A stretch of DNA of 64,000 nt, from positions 319,511 to 383,510 of the forward strand of contig NW_005434639.1 of NCBI RefSeq assembly GCF_000315625.1. Direction: 5' to 3'. How positions within the stretch are numbered: the first letter of the stretch is position 1; every line of letters starts with the position of its first letter. The DNA comes from Guillardia theta CCMP2712. Taxonomy: Eukaryota; Protista; Cryptophyta. The translations under genes and the position numbers were made by a program. This document shows, piece after piece, positions 23,434-35,400 of this stretch. The notes beneath the pieces were generated by a model. That model had not been told where the DNA came from. It was given only the letters and a program-made list of their open reading frames with translations, and did no database searches.

Positions 23434-26400
23434 CTAGCAGTTGTGGGGCCCGTCCAGCCCCCATGGCCCCAGAGATCGCTGAGGCTCTGCGAATACAAGC
23501 GAGTAGCTCATGACTCGCAGCTCCTGATCATGCTGTAGCGCTTGTCAACGAAAGAACCACACAGAGATAACAAGTCACCTCGACCGGCAGAGCCGCTGGC
23601 TCAGGCTGGTGGCTTCCTTCCATAGCTTCTGCTGTTGCCTCCTTGCTTGTGGACACCAGGGGAGGGAGCTGCTCCTGCTGCTCCTGCTGCTCCTGAAAGG
23701 TTAGGTCAAGAAATAAGCCTCGCTCGCTCTCATGGGAATACCGGAGAAGTCTCGCCAGCTGGCTTTTCCTGACGCTCCTTATGATCTTTCTCTTCCCCTT
23801 CGCCTTTCTTATCATCATCTCCTTCGCCTTCGCCTTTCTTATCATCATCTCCTTCGCCTTCGCCTTTCTTATCATCATCTCCTTCGCCTTCGCCTTTCTT
23901 ATCATAATCTCCTTCGCCTTCGCCTTTCTTATCATAATCTCCTTCGCCTTCGCCTTTCTTATCATAATCTCCTTCTCCTTCGCCTTCCTCCTTATTATCT
24001 TCCTCTTCCCCTTTGTCTTCCTCCTTGTCCTCATCCCCTTTGTCTTTGTCTTCGTCGTTGACTTTGTCTTGATACTCCAAGGAGGATTTGAGCTTCTGCG
24101 GTCGCTTCTCCTCGCTGTCGGTCTTGGAGCTCTCAAGGACCAACCGATTCTGTTTCTCAACCATCTGTGCCACATGTCCTGGTGGAATCGCGTCCAGATG
24201 GGGTCTGTCGGTGTCTCCTCGATCTCTGCCGATCTCTTCATCATCTTCTGAGGATGACGATCGGGAGGAGGCGTCGGCCATCGGTGACTCCAAGTATGGT
24301 TCCAGGCCCTCATCGTTGACCTGATTCTCCTGGGTGTTTGCGGGCTCGGGGGCTGGAGTGACAGCCGGAGACGCTCCTTCCTTGAGCTTCTCGGCGATCC
24401 TTCTCCTGTAGTAAGCGAACAAACCTGCAGCCACCAGCGCCACCACCCCGCACGAGACCGTCACGCCAACGATGACAGGCACCTTGGAGCTCTTGGTGTC
24501 TTTTGTCGTGCCAGGTGGAGTAGAGGATGCAGCAGGAGGAGGAGGAGCTGCTTCCTTGGGGCTCGGCGACTGATTCTCGGGAGGCTTTCGTAGCACGGCG
24601 TACACGGAGAAGTGAAGTATTTGAGCAGTGAGGAGGTTCTGCTGAACATCGACCCTGCTCTCCACGTATTCCCATTGTTTGGTGAGGGAGTTCAAGTAGT
24701 ACAAGGCCACAGGCTGCGCGACCAAGTCCGTGACGTGTGATGTTGAGAGTGAGAGCGTGAGAGGCTTCAAGAACGTGGCGCCTGTTGGCTCCAGCACCAG
24801 AGTCGGCCCGACTGACGACCCAGAGGCTAGCGGGACTCCAGCATACAACTTGACGGTCATGTCTAGGGTCGAGCCGTAAAAGTCCTTGGGGAAGGTCAGA
24901 TTTCCCCAGCTGGCTAGGGAGACTTGGCCGCCGAGAGATCCAACGACTACGGCTGGCTGCACCAGGAGAGGGGTTAAGGTCTCTGCTGTGCAGCTGTCGC
25001 CGACGACCTCACCCAGGCAGAGAGTCTCGCAGTGAGGGCCGAGCATCTGAGGTTTGCAGGCTGTGGTTGTCGAGGAGGAGTTGACACATCGGGTCCGGAG
25101 TATGCTGTTGCCGGGCTGACATGTGAATCCGCTCTCAAGTGTGCAGGACTGACTGCATCCGTCCTGACTGACTCGGTTGCCATCGTCACATTCTTCTTTA
25201 CCAGTCACTCGCCCATCACCTACAAGTCAAAGATGTCAGGGCGAGCAATTATGACTTGCGCAAAGTATCTGCAACTTACCACACACGCTGACAGAAGATA
25301 CCGAGACAGCAACTAACCCTGTCTCTTTGCATGAGCACTGGGCAATGTTGGGAGAGAAGCCAACAGGCGAACAGGTTTCGCTGCTCCAGCCTTGTTTCCA
25401 CATCACACAGTTCCATAGGATGCTTGAGAGGTCTGATTGAGAAACAGGGATTCTCGCGTCGTAGTCGAACTGACTGACGGAATTCCGGACGCCGTTGAGG
25501 TCACTGATGCCTAGGATGAAACCATGCGAGTCTGAGATGAACGTGTCTGTGTTGGTCGCTAGCGGAGTCCTCCAGACATACATGAACGTGTAAAATGATG
25601 CGCTTTGCTCGCTACTGGCTGGAACAACAGCAGAGCTGCCAGCTGAAATGTTTGCTAGCATGAATAGTGACTCGACAGCAATGTCTTGAGGGTGCAAAAT
25701 CTTTGTGAATGCGGATTTCCACTTGTAAGTAAAGATGTGGTCGGTGGTAGGGACACAAGTATGATCACAAACAAGGTTGTTCTTGATGTCAATAAAGTCG
25801 AAGATCCCGTGATACATCGCAGTCGCAGCAGAAGTAACCAGCATGCTCATACATCTCGTCTTTTCTGACATCGACAACACAGATTGCTGCAGCTGATCTT
25901 TAAGTGTGGATGCAATGAAGATGATTGTCTGTACCGTTGTTCTCTCTAGCGAATATTGCAAGACTTGCGGGATCAAGATGGTTGTGTTGCTTAGAATCTC
26001 AACGGCAGCGACAGTTGCATCCATCGTAAGCGGTTCTGAACTGTTGACAAGGAAGAAGAGGGTCCCGATGTTTTCCAGCAAGTTCCCAGCTGATGGCACT
26101 TGTTTTTCAATGATTCGCAACAGTGAGAGGGTAGTGTTGCTTCTGATCAACGCGCTTTCTGACAGCTGCACATCATTGACGCGCAGAGAAGCTGCAGCTC
26201 GACGGCGACGAGCGAGAAGCGTCGAGCTGTCTCTCGAGAGCTTCTGCGTGAGGGATATGGCATAGTTGCTGAATTCAGATGTCTTCCCCAAGAGAACGAA
26301 GGAGTCCAGCGCCTGCTGCGCTACGACGGGAGAGACGGAGGGGATGGGAAGCACAACGACGAGATCAAGGAAGTAAGTCGACTGAGCGCCGAGGCTGTCG

Positions 26401-29400
26401 ATGGCGATGACGGAGATGTTGATCTCGCCTGAGGGCAGGTAGAGGCTGCGCATGGGGGACGAGGATGGAGCCAAGGAGGCTTCGGTTCCGTTCTTAACCT
26501 TGTAGTTGAACTGAAATGAGAGCGGCAGATCAGCGTCGCTGAAACTTCCGCATTGTACCACAAACTGTGTGTTCAACTCGTACCCTTGCGTCGGCTGGAC
26601 GCTACACTGACCCCCCGAAGGAGCAAGATTCACTCGGAACTCAAAGGAAGCTGATCCCTGGCACAGGCCGTTACACACCTGACCTTCTTGTGGCGACTGG
26701 TAGCTTGTCAGAAGGACTGTGTATCGACGGCCCTGAACGAAGGTGGAGGAGGACAAGAAAAGCTCGTTGGTCGTTGCTGGCAAGACCGTCGCAGTCCCTT
26801 GGTCGATGAGCTGCCACTTGTAGGAGCTGCAGGAGGTGCAGGAGTACTCGAGGAGGTTCAGGGTCTGCAGAGGGTTCAGAACGTTCTCTCCCTTGACGAG
26901 CATGGTGGAAGGGGATGTGAGCGTTGTGAGCGGTACGAACTCTTCGACGAAGACCATGGAGACGCTGGTGCTGGCTGACCTGGAGTCTTTCATGACCTCA
27001 AGTGAGAAAATATACTGCACGTTGACTTCAAACCCGTCGGAAGACATGGACAGCACAGACGAGCTGTCGAAGACCAACGGATTGTTGCTTTTCCGGTCCC
27101 TGCACATCATCCCCTGCACCTTACACGTCCAGGTGAATTTCAAGTTGACGTCAGGCGAGCTTCCTCTATAGTCGGGATCTTTTGAATCTCCCGCATCCAA
27201 GGAAAGCTTTTGCGAGCGGCCGATCTTGGAGTCTCCGTTCTTGACAATGGCAATGAGATCGGAAGCCAAGAGAGTGAAGGAAGTGCTGACGGCAGTCTGT
27301 GTCGGAGGAGTCGTAGGCAGCGTCACCGTCAACTTCAACTTATACAACCCGGGGACCGCGAGCGTTCCTTTGGACAGAAAGAAAGTCGGAGAGTTTCTTG
27401 CCAGCACAGAAGCGGGAATGCCATTGTTAGTCGCAGCGTTATCCTGGTTGACTTGCTCCCACTTGAACTGCAACTCCATCTCCTCGCTGCACTTGGAAAA
27501 GGCTGTCTGGGCCCCAAGCAGGATGTCATCCGATTTCTTGTACAAGTCGAACCCTGACAAGCTGACGACAGGGATGGGCAAGGATGTGCGATAAAACTGC
27601 AGGCTCAGTGTTTCGCTCTTCGTTCCAAGAAAGTTCACCCCGTACACTTGAATGCGGTAGGAGCTCTGGGATTGAGCGAGGTCGGAGCTTGAAATCACAA
27701 TCTTGTCGCTCACAGTGACTGCAAGTTTGGATTGAATCACATCAGGGCATCCCATGCAGGTCCAGGAGAAGGTCAGAGGCCTTGACGACGTTCCTAGAGC
27801 CATGATCTGAGCATCGTCGCAAGGGCCAACCTCCTGGGGCCCCAAGAGTTGAAAGACAGGTTTGATGAGAATGCTGGGACTTGCGACCTTGACGGTTCCA
27901 CTCACGTAGGGGCCGAGGCCTGACACGTGCTTGACGAGGTTCATCTTGATCTGAAGGTTGTCATTGACAGCTACTGTCGCGTCATAGGACAGAATGATGC
28001 TCAGCGTCTGTTCGTCTTGCCACGTGCACTTGGCTGACTTGCCAAAAGGTTGAGAGGTGCCAATTTCGAGGAAGGATTGACATGTTGACAATTGAGCCAC
28101 AGGGAGAGAAAAGATATTGGTACTTTCAGAGAAGACAATCATAATTGAAGATCCCATCGCATCGAAAGAAGCTGACAGCACGGAAGGAGCTGCAATGTAC
28201 TCAAACTTTCCACTTCCTTGTAAGGTGCTCATCCCCGCCATGGTCTTCGCGTTGGTAACGCTCAGGTCTATCACTGTGGACTTGGAAAAGAAGCTATTGG
28301 CTGGAACAGCTACTATCACAAACGTTTTCTGCATGGTGGAGTTGACTAACTTGCCCATAACTGCATATTCTGTACCAAAACTGATTGCCAGACCTGAGAA
28401 ACTTTGAATTTGCCCGATATTCGTGACAGCGATCAACAAGAAGTCAGTTCCATCGACTCCTCCCTGACAACCTCCTGTCACTTTGATCGGGTCGTCGAGA
28501 CTTTGCATCTGAAGACGGTTGCAAGTCAGCTGTACGGTAGCGTCATAGGACTCAAAGAACAAAGCTGCCGTTGAGTTGTACCCGTCAGACACCGTCAAAG
28601 TAGCCTGCTGCAGACCGACAGGAAGGGCAGGCATCAGAAACTCGACGATCGATTCTCCAGAGAAAGAGTCTGATTGTACAACACGATTGACAGTAGCTTG
28701 CTGCTTGCTACTGAAAACGACCGAGACATCAGTCTCGGTCAATTTCGTTGGGAAGTGCGAGAATATCATGGTCACGATGGCACCCCCTTTCAGAGAACCT
28801 CTCGACGGGATCATGCTCAACACTTTCGAATCCGGACGAGAATAAGAGAACTGACTGGTCACTGTCATGTCAGCTTTCTCTTGCGCGTTCGCAATCTTTG
28901 TTGGAATGATGGACAGCTGAATGCTTCCTACGGATTTGTGACTTGGAGATACACAAATGAAGTCATTGTATCCCAAAACTTGCATAACTCTTGCTTGTTG
29001 AGAATCAAACACAACTGAAACATCTAAGGCTGTCGAGATTGCAGGAAAATTCTTCATTGAAATCTGGACAGAGTCTCCGCCCATCACTGACGACTGTGTT
29101 GGATTTACCGAGATGATTGATGGCATGAGAAAATACGAGATTGCCAGGTTCTGAGGAGACAATTTTCCGTTTTCCAATTGCAGAAGCACATCTGACCCAT
29201 CAGAAGATACGGGGGCTTCAATTGCAACCTGCTGAGTACAAAATGTTTGGTCAGTGCAGGTAGACGTCCTAGTAGCCTTCAACTCTGACTTCACTACACC
29301 GGAGAGTCTTGAGGGAAGAAAAGCATAGACTTTCAAGTCGTCGTTGGTCCCGTAGAAGGAGATGAAGATGTTGGTTCCTCCCTGAGAAGAAGCTCGTCGA

Positions 29401-32400
29401 GAGGCTAATGGTGCTGGTGCCATAAACTGAAATTGAGATGTCAAACCTCCACACTGATTCTGATTGCTGGTAATACAGAATTTGATGGTTCCAACAGAGG
29501 AAACATTCGGCGTCAAGAAGGTGAGGAACCTGCTGCTTGTGTTCTGAGTTCCTTGTTGACCAACATCTGTGACGGTTACGATCTGCCCCTCGAAGCTAGC
29601 GAAGAGCTGACTGTTGGCGATAGAGAACGAATTGTATACCACGACATTCACGCGAGTGCGGGTAAGAACTTGACCGGAGCTGGGGAATACGTAGCCAATG
29701 TAGGGATTTGCTGAGACCTGAAAGTTCAACGGTATGCTGAAAGTCTCCTGGTTGGCAACGCGTCTGACTTGAATTCTCAGCTGATACTCGGAGCTTGTCA
29801 GCCTTGCGACGAAAGAAACTTTGAGAGTCGCAGACCCTAAGGTAGCGCCAAGGAGAAGCTTGAACTCCGCTGGGTGAGTCTGGTTGGTTGATGAAACGGC
29901 TTCGACGTTGCTTAAATCAAAGTAGGATGACCAATCGCTCAGTTGAGCTTGGATTTGAATGCTGTCGCCCTCCACAAACTTGCTTGGGAAGTAACTCAAC
30001 ACTTGAGGGTTCGGTGGACTCTGCACATAGATTTGAAAAGAGTTACTCTTCTCATACCCAGCGGCCCAAATTCTTCCTGTAAAAATACCAGAAGACGCTG
30101 GTGTCACGAAACTGATGTTCATCTTGGTCAAGGCATTCGTGCTCGACAAGACCGTTACGGTTGCGTTTGGATCTACGCTGAAGTCGATGTAGACTTGAAT
30201 GCCTCCTTGCGTTTCAATCTTAGGGAAGTTTTCAAGGTCAAGCAGGATGCTGGATCGCTGCAAAGTTAGAACTGGACTTGACGTGCAACTGTCTGGCCTC
30301 GAGGACGTACATCCAGGGTAAATCGACACGATGTTGGGAGGCCCTTCGATGTCTGCGATGAACTCAAACGGTATCGATAGGCTTCTTGTAGTCAACAGAT
30401 CCACAACCTGAAACGTGGAGACACACGTGTAGTTCCTTCCACAACAGCATGGCGACACGTACTGGGGTAAGGTGAAGTTCATGGAGGTAAGCCTTATCGT
30501 AGAGACCACAGTGATGGCCAACGGAACCCCATTGTACAAGAGCTTCAATCCCCCCGAATAAGCAGAAATGAGAGTGTCTGAAGCGATCGATATCAGCACT
30601 GGACTTCCCCCTTTCGTGCTGCCTGTAGATGGGGATGACGAAATCAAGCGCATCGCAGTGAAGGTTGAGGAGTCCAAGCAGTATTTCATATCACAAGACG
30701 TGGTCATGGGGGGGTCGAACTTGAGAAGGTAGTCATTGGCTAGGTAACTTGACTTTGCTGCTGGGCAGAAGACTCGATAGTTGCAGGGAGGCTGCATCTG
30801 CAGCAGAAAACTCATCTTGACTTGCTTATAGAGCAGATGCACGTCTATGGTAGCGACACTTGTGAACTGAGCCTGAGGAGGAATCTGCCCGATGAGCGAC
30901 ACTTCAGACTGAGAGATGGACACTGCTGAGGTGGGATGGAAGCTTGTGTTTCCCAAGTTGAAGAGCCAGGCGCTGGTGTCGGGATTGGACTCGAAGACGT
31001 TGGAGACTGTGATACGTACCAAGTCACCGCCAGCAGTCGAAGCCATGGTAGGGAAGACAAGAGAAACGCGAGGAACACTGCTGGAGAAGTACTCGAAGGG
31101 AAAGATCACACGAACGTCAGGCGCTGCGATCAATCCCACAGATATGTTGACAATACTCGTAGTGTTCCAGGGGGGGATGTTGAACGACAATGTGACCTTG
31201 GGAGCAGTCGACGCAGTTGCTGCAACAAAGAAAAGGTCTACAACTGGGAGAGGCTTGATGTCGTTGATTCGAATTAAGTATTTACTGCTAGCAGATTCTT
31301 GGAAATTGCTGATAGCGACCGTGCAGAGGGTTGCGAGTGACACGTCACCGCTTGAAACCGAAAGATACTCCAACTTCGGTGTGAGGTCAGGCAGAAACAC
31401 ATTCGCAAGAACTGGCAATGCTTGACCTGCTTCGTTTTGTGCCACTATAGAGACAGAGTACGTGACACCAATCGCAAGCTGCATCGTCACATTGCAAATC
31501 TTCGAGCACTCACTGCTCTTGACCAGTACAGTGGCTGTGAGAATGCAACTGGATCTGCACTCTGTGAATGAGACTAGAAAACTTCTTGCAGAGTTATAGG
31601 TCTCCCCTAATTCTTGTCTGGTCAATGAAAAATCCGAATGGTTCCAAGTTATCAAAACGAATCCATTCCTCGGTTGTTGATACTGAATGTTGAAGACTGG
31701 TGAAGGAATTCCGATAAGAACCATTGTAAATACTTTTGACGAAGATGAAATGCCCCCATTGAGCACACCTCCATCATCTCGCAAACTCACCTTCCAATCA
31801 GATCTTCCGAACGTCCCAGTTGTTCTGGAGAAGGTTAAGAGACCCTGCTGGTCAATCCTAGGAAACTCGCTAAACAAATCAGACCGACCAGACAGAAGGT
31901 CCATTTCAAACGTCATGTTCTGTTTGCTCTCATCGGGTGGCCCTGCAGAAATATCCCAAGCTATTGAAGATGATATGATTCCAACACGTTGATAGACTGT
32001 AAGAGATCCGATCATGGAAAAGCTCGGGGGGTCGTTGACCGGTACGATGATGATCTGCAGTGTGCGTGTCGCTGACCATGCCTGCCCGTTGTTGTCTTCT
32101 CCCCCGTTGTCATGCAGCTGTATCGTCCAGTTGGACGTGCCTGACATGTTTGGATTCGCCTTGAGCATGAGCGTCCCGCTCTGGTTTAGCGAGGGTGCGA
32201 CCTGGAAGATGCCAACGTCTGCCCCCCCCGTCCACGTCATGCTGAAGGTCAGCGACTGCCAGCTCTCGTCGCTTGGCCCTGACGAGATGCTGTTGGCCAA
32301 GCCGGTGTAGACGTACAAGCCAGCGTCCTCCAGGAGGGTGATGACAGGCTGCTTGAGCAAGAAGCTTGGAGCATCGTTGACGGGGACAACCTTGATGACA

Positions 32401-35400
32401 AACGAGTGCTGTTGCGAGACGTTGACGCCTCCGAACCGCGTGCCACCGTCATCTACCAACAACACCGTGCAGTGAAATTCCCGTTGACATTCAAGGCTGT
32501 TTGGAAGGTGAGGCTGCCGTTGGTCGGGTCGATGGAAGGCAGGCGGGTGAAGGCAGCCGGCGAGCTTGAGGATACGATGAAAGTCAGCTTCTGCTGCACC
32601 TCGTCGAGAGACCCAGCAGAGATGTCATACGCAGCCCCGCCTATCGTGACCAGGCCGGCGTCCTCGAGGCGTACGAAGGTCGAGACGATTGAGAAGGTAG
32701 GGGCCACATTCTTATCCTCTAGCACGATGCTCCGGTTTTGCTCAGGGCTCTTCCCTGCGATGTTGACCGCCGTGATTGTAACGGCTAGGGTGGACTTGGG
32801 AAGGACGTCATCAAGAACGATGCTGCAGACACCCAGACAGACCGTCAGGTTCTCCATCCTCTCGAAGCCGTAGTAGCTGCCGCTGGACGCTCTCGCATAT
32901 CGCCCGGAGACGTTGAAATGATACTGGGCCGCTTCAAAGTCCTGGCCGGGATCTTTGTATGACCACTGAATGGACACGCGATTGAGAGAGATCTGAGTAA
33001 GGACGACGTCAAAGACGCTTCGAGGTCTGCTCACGACTGCGAGCTTCAAGGCCTGCTTGGTCGACACGTTGACTCCGCCGTTCATCGTCCCGCCATCGTC
33101 ACGCGCAACAACAGAGAAAGTAGTCAAGCCTGTTCCCAACGACGTGGCATTGAAGGATAGAGTGCCGCTCGGAGATATCGCGAGGGTGTTAAGGAGGAGG
33201 TTCTGAGGCCCGCCTAGGAAGGTGACGCTGAAGGAGATGTTCTGACTGAGATCCTCGTCAGGAGCTCCCAAGGAGATGTTGCGAAGAGCGTTGGGGACGA
33301 GGTTCGATCCGAGGTCGAGGAGGAGGAGGAGTTGGCTAGCGACGACGAAGCTCGGGGGGTCGTTGACCGGTACGATGATGATCTGCAGTGTGCGTGTCGC
33401 TGACCATGCCTGCCCGTTGTTGTCTTCTCCCCCGTTGTCATGCAGCTGTATCGTCCAGTTGGACGTGCCTGACATGTTTGGATTCGCCTTGAGCATGAGC
33501 GTCCCGCTCTGGTTTAGCGAGGGTGCGACCTGGAAGATGCCAACGTCTGCCCCCCCCGTCCACGTCATGCTGAAGGTCAGCGACTGCCAGCTCTCGTCGC
33601 TTGGCCCTGACGAGATGCTGTTGGCCAAGCCGGTGTAGACGTACAAGCCAGCGTCCTCCAGGAGGGTGATGACAGGCTGCTTGAGCAAGAAGCTTGGAGC
33701 ATCGTTGACGGGGACAACCTTGATGACAAACGAGTGCTGTTGCGAGACGTTGACGCCTCCGAACCGCGTGCCACCGTCATCTACCAACAACACCGTGCAG
33801 TTGAAATTCCCGTTGACATTCAAGGCTGTTTGGAAGGTGAGGCTGCCGTTGGTCGGGTCGATGGAAGGCAGGCGGGTGAAGGCAGCCGGCGAGCTTGAGG
33901 ATACGATGAAAGTCAGCTTCTGCTGCACCTCGTCGAGAGACCCAGCAGAGATGTCATACGCAGCCCCGCCTATCGTGACCAGGCCGGCGTCCTCGAGGCG
34001 TACGAAGGTCGAGTTGATTGAGAAGGTAGGGGCCACATTCTTATCCTCTAGCACGATGCTCCGGTTTTGCTCAGGGCTCTTCCCTGCGATGTTGACCGCC
34101 GTGATTGTAACGGCTAGGGTGGACTTGGGAAGGACGTCATCAAGAACGATGCTGCAGACACCCAGACAGACCGTCAGGTTCTCCATCCTCTCGAAGCCGT
34201 AGTAGCTGCCGCTGGACGCTCTCGCATATCGCCCGGAGACGTTGAAATGATACTGGGCCGCTTCAAAGTCCTGGCCGGGATCTTTGTATGACCACTGAAT
34301 GGACACGCGATTGAGAGAGATCTGAGTAAGGACGACGTCAAAGACGCTTCGAGGTCTGCTCACGACTGCGAGCTTCAAGGCCTGCTTGGTCGACACGTTG
34401 ACTCCGCCGTTCATCGTCCCGCCATCGTCACGCGCAACAACAGAGAAAGTAGTCAAGCCTGTTCCTAACGACGTGGCATGGAAGGATAGAGTGCCGCTCG
34501 GAGATATCGCGAGGGTGTTAAGGAGGAGGTTCTGAGGCCCGCCTAGGAAGGTGACGCTGAAGGAGATGTTCTGACTGAGATCCTCGTCAGGAGCTCCCAA
34601 GGAGATGTTGCGAAGAGCGTTGGGGACGAGGTTCGATCCGAGGTCGAGGAGGAGGAGGAGTTGGCTAGCGACGACGAAGCTCGGGGGGTCGTTGACCGGT
34701 ACGATGATGATCTGCAGTGTGCGTGTCGCTGACCATGCCTGCCCGTTGTTGTCTTCTCCCCCGTTGTCATGCAGCTGTATCGTCCAGTTGGACGTGCCTG
34801 ACATGTTTGGATTCGCCTTGAGCATGAGCGTCCCGCTCTGGTTTAGCGAGGGTGCGACCTGGAAGATGCCAACGTCTGCCCCCCCCGTCCACGTCATGCT
34901 GAAGGTCAGCGACTGCCAGCTCTCGTCGCTTGGCCCTGACGAGATGCTGTTGGCCAAGCCGGTGTAGACGTACAAGCCAGCGTCCTCCAGGAGGGTGATG
35001 ACAGGCTGCTTGAGCAAGAAGCTTGGAGCATCGTTGACGGGGACAACCTTGATGACAAACGAGTGCTGTTGCGAGACGTTGACGCCTCCGAACCGCGTGC
35101 CACCGTCATCTACCAACAACACCGTGCAGTTGAAATTCCCGTTGACATTCAAGGCTGTTTGGAAGGTGAGGCTGCCGTTGGTCGGGTCGATGGAAGGCAG
35201 GCGGGTGAAGGCAGCCGGCGAGCTTGAGGATACGATGAAAGTCAGCTTCTGCTGCACCTCGTCGAGAGACCCAGCAGAGATGTCATACGCAGCCCCGCCT
35301 ATCGTGACCAGGCCGGCGTCCTCGAGGCGTACGAAGGTCGAGTTGATTGAGAAGGTAGGGGCCACATTCTTATCCTCTAGCACGATGCTCCGGTTTTGCT

